Shown piece after piece: positions 14,213 to 26,700 of a stretch of 64,000 bases of DNA (within the stretch, counting starts at the first letter, position 1; each line of letters starts with the position of its first letter). Location: the NCBI GenBank assembly GCA_030390025.1, contig CM059447.1, positions 15,810,001 to 15,874,000 on the forward strand. The letters are read 5' to 3'. The stretch is from Squalus acanthias. Taxonomy: Eukaryota. A program made the position numbers and the translations under genes. The notes under the pieces were generated by a model. That model was not told where the DNA came from. It did not search any database and saw only the letters and a program-made list of their open reading frames with translations.

Positions 14213-14242
14213 GAGGGATATTTTAATGTACATCAAATCTAT

Positions 14243-14933
14243 AGGGCCGATTTTAACCCCCGTCGCCCCCCCCCCCCCGCCCCCGGTGGGAACAATGTGG
14301 GTAGGGGTCAGGATGGCAGGGGGTGGGATGCGCACTGTGTTCCCCATAATTTTTTACTTGTCTAAATTCAGGCACGGGAAGGCCACCGGTGGCCTAATTT
14401 CAACAGCAGTGCCATGTGCGATGATGTCATTGGGACACACACGCCATTTTAACCACAGGCCTGACCGAGGCTCGCACAGTCTCCAACCTGCGAGTGAAAG
14501 CTGGAGGCAGCAAGGATATGGCCACAGGTGGCCCAGGTAAGTGATTTTATTTTGATTTTTGAAGTTTCCTAGTGTGCCAGGAGCAGCAGGAATGTTCCTC
14601 CTGGCCACAAGCATACCTTGGGCCTTCCCTGCCCCGGAATTCAACCCATCTCCCCGATCGCAGATTTGCCAACTCCCACCAATCATTGCTTACCTTGCTG
14701 GGGATCGTTTCCATGGGTCCCGGGCAACGGCCTGACCCTCCCCCTCTGCTCCCCACCAATTTTGATCCCGCCTACCTGCCAATGGTGATGTCATTCCCGC
14801 CAGCTTCAGGCAGTGTCAAGAGTCGTGGATCGTAAATGGAGTTAAAATCTGGGGGTCGGGGGTGGGGAGGGGGTTTCTCTGCCTGCTTCGGCCCCCGCAC
14901 CACCGATTCCTGCCCCATGCTGAAATCAGCCCT
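14243..14933. mobile_element. Non-autonomous DNA transposon (PIF/Harbinger-like MITE)
   Basis: Imperfect TIRs agggccgattttaac / gctgaaatcagccct with a 3-bp duplication TAT on both sides. Confidence 0.65.
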
Positions 14934-15864
14934 TATAGATCTATAGCATGCAGACGTGCAATTGTTTCCAAAAAAATTTGGTGAAACTTTTAAAATGCTA
15001 TTATTTCATTTTTTGTTGCATTGCAGGCAGTTTAGCTTTAAGATTCTGGCAATCGTATAAGCACAGCAGACTGCTGTAGTAATACACTGTATCGCACAGT
15101 AGCAGGCCTTGGGTTCATGCCAGAGAGTCCCTGCACTGCTAGCCTCCGGTCATGGCTGAGCTATCACAGCAAAACACAGAATTGAGGACTGCTGCTCGAA
15201 CAGTGGGAGTCAGGAAAATTCAGAGGGAAATCTGTCCTGCTATTGTCACATGTGACATAGGACTTAAAGGGGGGGGGGGGGGGAGGGGAGAGAATACAGG
15301 GCTGAGGTAAAAAGTACGATTCTAAATTGAATTTTTAGTGACACATTAACTAACTTTCAGATTTGGTTTCCCTCAATGGATGAGTGTTGCTGGTCAGTGA
15401 TTGAGATGCTTGTGGTGACAGCATTGTGTCTCAGGAAAGAATCAATCCTCAAGGAAACCCATCATGCTTTGCAAAGTGGTTTCCTGTCACCTGCCATGAA
15501 GAAACAATGACGGCAGCTGGAGACGTGACTGTAGTTAATACTGTTCCAGTCTGTCGGCTGAACAAGGGCAGCAAAGTGGTAGAGAGACTGAAACTGAAAA
15601 TATTATAGGGGACTTTTAAAAAAAAAAATGAAGATATATATTTTGTATGGGGAAAGGGTAAAACCGAGTAGTGATAATGGAACTGGTTAAAGGAGAGTAC
15701 CGTTTTGAAATAAAATTGAAAATTATTGAAACCTTTAAGGTGAAACAACTAATCAGTAAAATGCCTGGAGTCACAGAATGTTTGCTAATGCACAAAAGTC
15801 ACAGAACGATGTAGACATTTAGTTTGGATTTGAAGTGCCCCTGCATTGCTTATTCTAAACCTAC

Positions 15865-16223
15865 CTTGAAAGTAGCCTGCAGTACTTTGCTTTTTCTGGT
15901 GACATTTTTACACCTGTTAGCCGAGCCTTTCTTGGCCTGACTTCTAGATGCCATTTTTGCAGGTACAGAAGAGTCACTGGGAAATAATCTCTCACCATGC
16001 AGCAGGGGCCGCAGATCAGATTCAAAACGGCGCCAAATTGTCACCTCTGCTCCCCCCTTGGTGTTCTTCAGCTTTTTAGTCTTTTCTCCTGCTTTCAGTC
16101 CTTTTTTCTTAATTGCTGGGAGCTTCTCAATCTTTTTCACTGCACTGCTAGATTCCAGGCCGTGCTTGGCAGGGCGCTTTTTAATCTTCACATCTCCATC
16201 TGCGCTGGAAAACCCAAGCGTTC
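15865..16223 (-). CDS. BAHCC1: BAHCC1 coding exon, phase 1-0
   Basis: tatttccag acceptor, AAG|gtaggt donor. GTLGFSSADGDVKIKKR...NRCKNVTRKSKVLQ parallels GACRLSSPESEVKIKRR...ERLKRATRKGTVLQ. Confidence 0.88.
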
Positions 16224-16974
16224 CTGGAAATACAAGGAGGAAGAATTTACAATTCACACATTGGCCAATCCAAGAAGTACAGCAGGACCATGCCCATTTC
16301 CCCTCATCTGAATCCAGCCCACCCTATTCATCAAACACAAGGAATGTCTCCTGTGGTCTTTAATCCATCCCGCCACCCATGAGAATCACCAGACACTTAC
16401 AAAGGCGGTACAGTAGAAACTCGAGGTAGTTAGATCATTGTGGATATTTATCTCAACTGTGTGAGCTTCCCTGAGGCGGTTTTGTATCATGGGGTTGGGG
16501 GGGCGGGGGGTTGTTTTCATACAGTGACGTCAGTCAACACTGACCATTCACGGCTGCTGCAGAATCAGTTCTTATTTGTAGGTGGTCCCTCTGCACAGCT
16601 GTGAAGTAAAATGAGATTTGAACAAACTAAATCCCTCTACCATTGTTTATCAGCAGCCGCCGCCGCTCTTTGAGTGCTTTGCAATAGCCATTTGGAAGCA
16701 GCCCTCAGCCACGTGCTGATCATGCAAGTTTCCGACGGACGTGTGTTTTGAAAAAAAAATCTAATTATAAAATCATAACTGGGATCAGAAATATGTAGTT
16801 GTGGTTACATGTGGCAGGTGGTCCCTATTAACAGATTTTTATTGCAAAGTACATTTATGAGGCTTTTGTTTGGAGCTTTTATGGGTGTTTTTGACAGTTG
16901 GCTCTCATTCTTGGGTAGACGTAATACTTATTTGAATGGGCTGCAAAAAGTAAATTTAAAGAGGGGAGACTCAC

Positions 16975-17082
16975 CATCAGCTAAGCTTTTAAAAGTCAAA
17001 GTGTGCACTCCACTCAGTTTGTGATTGTGCGGATCGGAGTTGGTTGGCAATGACTGCCGTCTGTGATACATCTTGGCGGTTC
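16975..17082 (-). CDS. Candidate alternative cassette exon of BAHCC1, phase 1-1 (unverified)
   Basis: ttccttgttaccactggcttcag acceptor, ATG|gtgagt donor. 108 nt, open in the BAHCC1 frame. No homology recognised. Confidence 0.4.
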
Positions 17083-17767
17083 CTGAAGCCAGTGGTAACA
17101 AGGAATATTTGCAGGGGCCAGGAGTGGGGCTCTGTGCCTCCCCTCTCAGGCCAGACAGACAAAGGAAAGGGGATACAAATACAACCCCCCCCACCCAACA
17201 ATATTCCCATCAAATAAAATGATAAAAATCAAAAGTGTGAATGATCACACTGTTACTAGACAAAGTAATTTACTTTATAAGTTATTGCCATTTCAGCTCA
17301 CCCACTCTCCCAGTCATGAACAGCAACAGAAGCACAGATCAATGTTGCAGCCAAATAGCATGGCCAGTGAGACACCAGATTTTGCAGGTAATCTCTCCCC
17401 CAGCTTTAGGAGGTATACACGGTGGGGGGGGGGGGGGGGGGGGGGAGAAACAGGGAACACATCCTTATAATAATACAAAATAACATTTGGGGAAGGGGGA
17501 GGGGAGATAAATGAATAATCTTACTTACCTCAGTGTTTCTAGCTCTACTGCCCCAGCACAATACTCAATGGTGCCTACAGCACGGGGTTATGATGAAGGC
17601 TGTATTATAATTTACTTCATATGTAATGTCTGATTGTGTGAGTGACAAAAAATGTAGTGTCAAACCCAAGGGCACCCTTTTAATGTGCTTACTCATCCTG
17701 CTTTGAGTCTTCACCAGTTGTGTTACCGAACCCGTAATGATCAAGCAAGGTCACGCATCTGTGGTTA

Positions 17768-18049
<282 letters not shown>

Positions 18050-18869
18050 TTAATACTTTAATCATTTGGACAAAATACAGCGTTTAAGGGGGTTTTGGTA
18101 CAGCAGTGTTTGTTCCGACAATGGGCCAATGCGGAGACAAGCGGCTGGGCAAAAATTCACCACCCTGCATTGTACTTCAGCCCATCTTAGGTTTCAGAAC
18201 CTTGCACGTCACGCCGCAAACTGTCAATAAAATGCACACTTCAAAGAGGTCAGTTGTTCCCGTCTCCAAAATGGATCATCTCATTTTGCAGTGGTTCTCC
18301 TTTTGACTAATACAGACCTCACTGTAGCAGAGCTTCAGGCTTGTAACTCTCTGGATTAGAGGTAAGTGTGCTGTCTCTTGCGCTATTGGGTTGCCTTGGA
18401 TATGCTATTTAAAAAAAAAATTCTACATTTTCCATTTGGGAAGCAAGGCAAGCATTCCAGTTATAATGGGTTTCAGTTGATGGGAAACCTGTACTCTAAC
18501 TTGCTGGCCAAAAAGGTAGTAGCCAGCCAGCCAGCTTCCAGGTCTCTGCCATTGTTGCCAAGTACCCCAGCAACAAAGAGGCATGTGACAGAGGCCAGAT
18601 AAACTCGCCCTCTAATAGTTTCTCTCGCTGTGTTGAGGCTCCTCACCTTTTTTCAGCAATCCCTTGTTAGAGCCAAGCTGATATCTGCAACTCACCTTAT
18701 GAAGAATTGTAAATTCATGCACATCCAACAATGTCATTATACTAAGTATTGATAAATCAGTGTTGCGCCACTGAGGCACTGTGCAAGGGGCCTACATTAA
18801 TCCATCTATGTCGCAATGGTACTGTTCTGGACAGGCCTTTTTTTTTAAATTTCAAAAGCACATTTTTTT

Positions 18870-19300
18870 GAATAGGAGGAAAGACTTGAAAATTTGGGGT
18901 CTGTTTTCATTAGAACAGGCGAGATTACGGGGTGATTTGCTAGAGGAGTTTGCAATTATGAAGGGATGGGGCCTACTAGATAGAAACAGACTGTTCCCAG
19001 AGAATGAGGGGACAGAGATATAAAACTAGATATGAGATTTGGGGTAGAAAGCAGGCAAATCCTTTTACACACAGGAGTGTGAGGCTGTGCAATGCAATAC
19101 CAGAATTAATGACTGAAGCAGAGACCATATCAACACGGGTGGTTGAACGAAGGGGGGGATAAGGAAATATGCAAACAAGGTGGGCACACAAGGTGGGCAC
19201 ATGGGATTAGGACTACCGCTTATGTAGAGGATAGGCACCAACACAGATTGGTTGGGTTGCATGGCGTGTTTCCATGTAATTTCTAAGTGATTCTATGAGT
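18870..19300 (+). mobile_element. Old CR1-type LINE 3' fragment
   Basis: GLFSLEQARLRGDLLEEFAIMKG; degenerate CR1 3' UTR. Confidence 0.75.
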
Positions 19301-19323
19301 CATTGTACCGGGAAGTGGCATAC

Positions 19324-19569
19324 CAGCATCTGAAGAGAAACCATCACTCTCTGTGGACATCCATTCCTTTTCATTCACCGTGGCCTGAACTTCCTGCTTC
19401 TGCTTCTTACTGCTGGGTTTCTGCACTTTGACCCCAACAGCCCTTCTCTTTTGTTGAAGACCAGGCTTCTTTTTAATGACAGAGTTAGCCTTCTGAGCCA
19501 CTTTGTTTTTTGCAAAAGTAGTTTTACTACTCGTTAAGCCATCTTCTTCTCCTGATTCCATTTTCAAGG
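19324..19569 (-). CDS. BAHCC1: BAHCC1 Lys-rich symmetric exon, phase 1-1
   Basis: aacttacag acceptor, CTG|gtatgc donor. 246 nt open (ALKMESGEEDG...KKKPGLQQKRR...ESDGFSSDA), composition like neighbouring exons. Confidence 0.72.
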
Positions 19570-20593
19570 CTGTAAGTTAAAACAAAGTTGGCATCTTCAA
19601 TTATTATTCCAATCATTCCTGTCTCCAAAACTCTACTTCCTGTTGTCACGTTTTTGTCAGACTTTTGTGTCAGCTTTTGCATTATTAATTCCTATGTCCA
19701 CGTTCATAATGGAAACTGCCTGGGTAATCCTGTCACACTGTAGTTAAGTCCTCCCACTAGTTGTGTCTTAGTTTTGCGTCTCTCTCCCTCTCCCCAGCCT
19801 GTACTGCAGCGATACTCCTTTGTTCCAACCAACTCTACTTCTCTAAGTGCCTGTAAATTTTTCTATGTAACTATCAATAATAACACAAAATCAAAGTATT
19901 ATGTATAAAATTAGGGGCATGATGTAATGATTTTTAAAATGGGAACTGAATTATATCTGCATGCTCTGGTCCAATTACTCCTGCCCTCTAACCCTGCTTC
20001 ACCTAAAGACTACTTGACTCCCCATATGTAATGCCACAGGAGATTGACTAGTTAAACCGAATAATTTACAAATGTGCACTTTAAGAAACTGATCTCGAAG
20101 TAACCTATCAGCCGATGTCAGAGGTGTAGGACAGGAAAATTCTTGCAAAATAGCCTAATTTTTCCATGTTTCCTATGAGCAATTACAGGTAGCCTAAGTT
20201 CTTCAGCATCTGAAAGAGAAGTGTGTGTATGGATGACCTGGATTTAAAATTAAGCTCCTGTCACCTGTAAATTTGTTCTGGAACAAGTATTTCAAAGTCA
20301 TACAATTAATCCAAACATGTGGATATGGGGCAAAGTCCACATGAGTAGTCTGTGGTCGGAGAAATTTAAAAGTACCAATCAGGGCACAATATTGGCACTG
20401 ATGAACAATTACTTGTTACACATGTGCTAAGTACGACACTCTCTGGTGTTTATAGTGATGGGTGGGGGAAGAGGAAGAGAACTTATCCCAATAAGCTTAG
20501 CTTAATTAAAAAAAATATGTGCAAGAGAGGAAGTGAGTGCTTTTTTTCACCTCTTCCCTTGGTTCTGTTTGTTTATAAACGCTGTTCATTTCT

Positions 20594-20705
20594 CCAGTCC
20601 TGATGAAGGTTTACACTCGTTATTATTAACTTGTCTGTGCTCTCAGGTGCTGACTAACCGGCTGTGTATTTCTAGCCTTTAGTGTATCTGTTTCAGATTT
20701 CCAGT
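20594..20705 (+). mobile_element. Decayed Penelope-type terminus
   Basis: ccagtcCTGATGAaggt...ttaacttgtctg...gctgtgtatttctagc...tttcagatttccag. The GAAA half of the core is lost. Confidence 0.5.
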
Positions 20706-20823
20706 TTTTGTGGGTATTTTTTTAAAATCAAGCCGCAAGTGCATGTGGTTTTACGACCTTGTGTACGCCATTACTTTTGTGAAACTCCTGACCTAGCTCC
20801 AGATCTTCTAACAGTGCACTTAC

Positions 20824-21094
20824 CGGTTTCCGAAGTTGCTGTAATATGCTTTGTTCTATCTTGGATGTGTGGTATTGAGGAAGTCTTTGCTTTTCCCAGT
20901 TGTTTCTGAATCTTGCCAGGCAGGGCTGATGCTTTCCCCCTGAAGGGGCTGGTGTTGGCAGATTTCAGGATGGCGGCCGTGTGCGATTTATTTGCAGCTT
21001 TACCCAGTACCTTCTGCTTTGGCCTTGAGCTGTACTTTCCCAACTTAGACGTGAGGTTGGTTTGAGGGGTGTCCTTTTTTGCTCTTGGTTTAAT
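20824..21094 (-). CDS. BAHCC1: BAHCC1 Lys-rich coding exon, phase 0-1
   Basis: tttcttttag acceptor, CCG|gtaagt donor. IKPRAKKDTPQ...SPFRGKASALPGKIQKQLGKAK; open frame and phase-consistent. Confidence 0.8.
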
Positions 21095-21571
21095 CTAAAA
21101 GAAATCCATATTATATGTACGATTAAAAGATGCAGTCATTTATTTATATTGTCAGTGTTTCTTTTGAGAACTATTTCATTATTGCCACGCCAATGTCTAT
21201 CTCATATTTGACAAAAGTACTTCTGAGAGCTAACCAGCTCCTACTTAAAACCATAATGTTGAACAGTTTGAAATGTTGAATTTATCTGTTAAATTATACT
21301 CCCCATCTATGCTGCCTGACCCCTGCTGTCAAATGAATTGCTCCACTGGGCTGCTGACCCATGACATCATTTCCTGATGGACCCAAAGTCCATGAGGAGT
21401 CTGAGATATTTCCTAAAGAAAATACAAGTGTTTTAATATGTAGAATACAGGATGAGAATGGCCTGTGCACATTCCTCCCCCCGTCTGCACTGAAAAGAGA
21501 GGGACATGAGGCAGGAACAAGTATTCACGGAGGAAGGAAGGGGGGGAGGGGAAGGGGGGGGAGGGGGGGGG

Positions 21572-22071
21572 NNNNNNNNNNNNNNNNNNNNNNNNNNNNN
21601 NNNNNNNNNNNNNNNNNNNNNNNNNNNNNNNNNNNNNNNNNNNNNNNNNNNNNNNNNNNNNNNNNNNNNNNNNNNNNNNNNNNNNNNNNNNNNNNNNNNN
21701 NNNNNNNNNNNNNNNNNNNNNNNNNNNNNNNNNNNNNNNNNNNNNNNNNNNNNNNNNNNNNNNNNNNNNNNNNNNNNNNNNNNNNNNNNNNNNNNNNNNN
21801 NNNNNNNNNNNNNNNNNNNNNNNNNNNNNNNNNNNNNNNNNNNNNNNNNNNNNNNNNNNNNNNNNNNNNNNNNNNNNNNNNNNNNNNNNNNNNNNNNNNN
21901 NNNNNNNNNNNNNNNNNNNNNNNNNNNNNNNNNNNNNNNNNNNNNNNNNNNNNNNNNNNNNNNNNNNNNNNNNNNNNNNNNNNNNNNNNNNNNNNNNNNN
22001 NNNNNNNNNNNNNNNNNNNNNNNNNNNNNNNNNNNNNNNNNNNNNNNNNNNNNNNNNNNNNNNNNNNNNNN
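21572..22071. other. Assembly gap (500 N) flanked by G-rich sequence
   Basis: Run of N. Confidence 1.
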
Positions 22072-22179
22072 GGAGGGGAGAGGTGATGATGCTCTGGCCA
22101 TCGTGGTGTGGGGCAGGCTTGATGGACCAGCTGGACTTTTCTCGCCTGTCAATTTTATATGCTCGTAATAACTTCTTGA

Positions 22180-22470
22180 TATAAATGAGATGGAAGTCCT
22201 GAGACAGACTAAATGCGCTCAAAAGAAATAAATCCCCAGAGATAGATGGCATCCATCCCTGAGTACTGAGAGAGACTAGGGAAGAGATTTGTGAGGCACT
22301 TATGGTGATTGTAATGAAATTACTGGACACTGGGGAGGGACCAGTGTATTTGGTAACAGGCTAGCAAGGTGCCCACTTTCCAAAAAAAGGTGACGAAATA
22401 GACACATGTAATTCGTTTACCGATTAGTTCTACCTTAATACCACATAAAATACTGGAATTGATCCTCGGG
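22180..22470 (+). mobile_element. Degenerate CR1 reverse-transcriptase fragment
   Basis: Translates roughly LKRNKSPEIDGIHP*VLRETREEICEAL, the CR1 KSPGPDGIHPRVLKE motif region. Confidence 0.7.
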
Positions 22471-23058
22471 CGTAAGCTTGAGGATTGATACAAGTGGTAT
22501 AGCATAGTCTGCGAATCGTTTGGCGACTCACGCTTGTATATTCCTGAAGAACAACAGGAGAATTTTTACTTTTTTTATTTTGGGTCTGGTCTTTTAAAAC
22601 TCTTATTTTCAGTTGAACCAATAGACTGAAATGGAATCCAACAACCCAAAATGTCATCGTTCTGCCCCCGACCTTCATCCGGTTTCCCCACCTGATGCAT
22701 TCACACTTGCTGCACCGTGTTGTTGCCTCAACAAGCTTTGTCAATTTACATTTAATACAGCTATCGTGTATCCTGCCTGTGAACCCGCTCAGACGCACTC
22801 TGCTCAGTATGGCTTGCAGCGCTCATATTTGGTAAATGATGTCTTTAAATCTGCAGCTTCATTCATAAAATAAAAAATAAACACACACTATTTCTGCATC
22901 AAGCTTTGTCAGCAAACTCTATTGCTTTAACTTTAAAAAGAGATCCCTGTCTTGGTATGGTAAAATTTCTTAAAATCTCAACAGAAGGATTTACAGTTGC
23001 AGTAAAATAGTTTTTCCTCTAATATTCTCCCCTCTTCCCCTGAAAGCGTCGACTCTTG

Positions 23059-23168
23059 AAAGAAAGACTTGCATTTATATAGCACCTTTCTTGACCTCCG
23101 GGCGTCCAAAAGCGCTTTACAGACAATTAAGTACTTTTGAAGTGTAGTCACTGTTGTAATGTAGGAAG
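23059..23168 (-). mobile_element. SINE 3' tail (SacSINE1-like)
   Basis: aaagacttgcatttatatagcacctttc...gtcactgttgtaatgtagg. Confidence 0.7.
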
Positions 23169-23174
23169 CACCAT

Positions 23175-23550
23175 GGGTGTTGTCCTGCCCTCCAGTATCT
23201 TGCCCAAGTGATTATGTATCCACCTGGACAGGGACGATTGGTAGACATGACAATCGTCATTTGGGCGGGGTGGGGGGCGGGACATCAATGCCAAGCCCAA
23301 TCCAGTCTTCGCCTGATATCCACAAGCATGTACTTCCTAGTAGGAGTCACGGGATATTGATCATGATTGGATTCGCTGGCTGATTTCTCCCTCCCTAGCG
23401 GAGGGTGCTGAGCCTCATTGTCGCACCTCGATCACCAGCTACGAGCTGAGATCAGCGAACTCAGCACAGCCTTGGGAGTGAAGCTGGAGGAGAACTTCTG
23501 GTCAGTATGGTTCAGATCCACACAAGTTTCTTTATAAACTGAGCTGTCAT
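23175..23550 (-). mobile_element. Second SINE-like family (related pieces at ~42430-42680 and ~54195-54340)
   Basis: Shared blocks gctgatttctccctccc and gagatcagc(g/t)aactcagc across copies; family not identified. Confidence 0.45.
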
Positions 23551-23616
23551 AAGAGCCTAGTCCACGCACTAGACACGCTTTTTTTTTTACACACAAATAA
23601 AGAAACATTTACTGAC

Positions 23617-23749
23617 CTCTGACCCCGTCTTATTGCCACCATATTCCTGTCCTTTGCTTTCCCTCCCAGAAAGTTTGCACTTCTTCTTCTTGGGCTCCCC
23701 TTCATTCCTCAGTTCCTCACAGAGAAGGCTCAGGCCAGTCCTGATGGAT
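23617..23749 (-). CDS. BAHCC1: BAHCC1 coding exon, phase 2-0
   Basis: tttatttctag acceptor, GAG|gtcagt donor. SIRTGLSLLCEELRNEGEPKKKKCKL matches [28 protein letters not shown]. Confidence 0.88.
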
Positions 23750-26700
23750 CTAGAAATAAACAAAGCAAAGGCCGCCTTCAGTGCACTGCATTGTCTAAGA
23801 CTGTAACAATCACATCCTGACAGGGCCAGCTTGGTCTTGTTGAGCGAGGACCCAGCTTGATGTGGTCATCTCTGAATCACTAATTAGACTAGATTACCAT
23901 TAGACTATTCACTGCTGCTTTTGAACAGTTCAATAGATAGATTTCTACACCGAGCCATTTAGCATTAAGTTTCTAATTGACCACTGGGACATTAACTCTG
24001 AGGAATTTGCTACTTTCCGAGAATCAGGTATATTTTTCATTGATTTTTTTTCTGCCCACCCCCCAAACCTCTATTTTACAAAAGTACGGTGATGGATATT
24101 AGAAGACAATGAGCAAAATGTGCAGAACAGATGGTAAGAACTCCACTTTCCACACATTTCAGTCCCCTTTACACTGAAAGAACATATTCAATTCAGGGTC
24201 AGATTAATTATGATGACCAAAAATGCTCTCTCAGCATTTGCACTCACCTCTGCTCTTGAGTCAGTTCATGCACCAAGCAGTATTAAATTACCATCCTGAT
24301 GCATGTGTTGCAGTTTTCTTTGAAGCAGAAAGTGACAATAGGTTTGCAAGATCAGAGGAAATAACTATGGTGACTTGCACTAACATTTTTGCTGTGAATC
24401 CGTTGTAAAGCCTTGCGCGTAGGACTTTTGAGAATGTGAACAATTTTAATCTTATGTTCGGAGGCGATGCGGTCAGAGTATATAATCAGTAAAGTCAAAT
24501 CTGAGCTGGTGGTTCATCCTCAGTAACGGTTTCCTCACACTGACAGCCTGTGAAGGATCCTCAGCTTTGCTGGTGGAATCTGAGATTTGTTGCTTTGCAG
24601 TGAAACCATAGCTGCATGATCTCATCTGGATTCTATCAGAACAATCTCATATAGGATAGCAGCCAACACACAAAAAAAAATCGACTTTTTCAAGATTTGG
24701 GTAGGTAAGGTCAAGGAACTGAAACGTGACCTCTTGTTATTTTGATGTTGCGTTTCAACTTTCCATCTGTTTGCTATTTGCCTCATAATTTTGTTAAAAC
24801 TCCTGTTCAGTTGCATCTGTTTTTTGTGCATTTTCGTAGCAAGGTTAATACACAGATTGGAAATGTCAGTGATCACACAGGAGTAAGAAAACAGTAAAGC
24901 AAAGCTAAATCATTGGGTAATGGGGAGGGAAAGGCCTTTCTTCAGGTGCTGCAATCGGTGGGTGTTTCACCTGGGCCCCACAACACCCAGATATTATTGC
25001 TGTGGGGAAAGCTATCTGTGCTGGGAATAGTGCGAAAAAAAGCCTTGTGCACGACCCACATTTTAAATGCCCTTGTTTACAGGCTCTTGTTTTACCTGCA
25101 GGCCTACGACATGCAGATCCTCCTGTGCTCCAAAATTGTCCACTGGTTCCAAGTAAATCATATAAATAAAAGTTTTTGTGTTCCTAATTCAGTTAACAGT
25201 GACAGCACGAGGAGCTCCTATTTCAGGTGATAGCTTTAAATATCGTGTATAAATTTAGCTTGTCTTTTCAAAAAAAAAAGTATGGAATGCTTTCGGAAGG
25301 GGTTGTAAAGACAATTCTACCACACGTTTTGTGCTGATGCACAACTGTGTTGGCTTTGTGGCGATGCGATGTGTACAGTGTAACTCCAATCAAAGTTAGG
25401 CAGAGAGTGTGAGACCACCCTAAGAATGTAAGTCTGCTACAAATCCGGTATCAAGTGAGCTTTAAAACGCTATCAGCTTTTAAAAAAAAATTGTTAATCT
25501 TCTTGTTGGTAACAAACAGCCAACTAAGTTGCTGCTGTTTAGTAGCAAAATGTAATTGGCATTTGGATGCTGGGTAATGGAGCTCTGTGCTTCATGTTTC
25601 ATGACCAGAGGATGGTTTAGAGCGGTCAGTATAACTTGGGCTGCCAGCCCCATAAGCAGGTACCACCCACAGCATCGTACCTGTGGTAATTACACTGCGC
25701 AGACATTTGAGAAATAGATCAAATATATACTGAGCTGAATCCGAGTCGGCTCACCTCCTCCAGTCAATGGAAGCAGTTTTGCAAGTGGCAGTTTTTCAAG
25801 TGCAGGGGTAACATCGGAGTTCATAATTATATGACGTGGAAAGGATCGAATATGCTGCAAAGGACGGTTAAATAACAATATGCTCCGTTATTTTAAACTC
25901 GCAGTTGCGTTATCAACAGAACTGGTAAACTCTCTCCTTGACTGGAGGTTCAATTTTCTGAGCCCTTCTCTCAATCAGACGTAACCTACTACTCTTTAGG
26001 GCAAATTATTGCTTAATTAAATCCCAGCTCAGACCAACAAAAGAGAAACTGTCTCTATAATTTTAACTTTTATTTATTTAATTTAGTGCATGAGCGGCCT
26101 GTAATCTGATTCTGAACGAACTGGGTCATGATCCTGGGATTAAATTGCACAGTCAGCATTGGTTCTGTTAGCAAATCTCACATGACTGCTTTCATGCTGA
26201 CCTTAAGACCTGCTGCCCTTTCCTGACCTCAGAGCCAAGTGTCACCAATGTCCTAAGTTGCTCATGCATGTATCAAGGGGGTGGGGAGGGGGCAGAGGGA
26301 AGGAGACCCCTATTCAACTACGGGAGCACTAACTCTACAGAATAAACTGCATACGGTTAGCACAACAAAAAGAGAAAGTTTAAGGGGCAAGAAACTGCAG
26401 TGTAACCCTTGTATCTTGTCAAGTTTTATTTATTCTGAGTGAAGATTTTGTTTAAGAATAGTTTATTCTTCCCAGTCTCACTCTTTGAAAATAAGCAGCT
26501 CTAAACTGTGCTATCCTCCAAGGCGTATTGCTAACTGCTCAACTTCAGACTCTTATCTAAACCATGCACAAATGATGCTGTAGAATAAACCCTAATTTAT
26601 TTCAAATTTCTGTGTTATATTTACAATATGGCAATTATAAACTGGAGATGCACATCATTTATATTGGCTATCTGGTCTATGCCATGAGTAATGGGATGTT

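Noticed and set aside
21361-22330. Long ORFs of 220-305 aa
   Set aside because: Artefacts of translating the 500-N gap.
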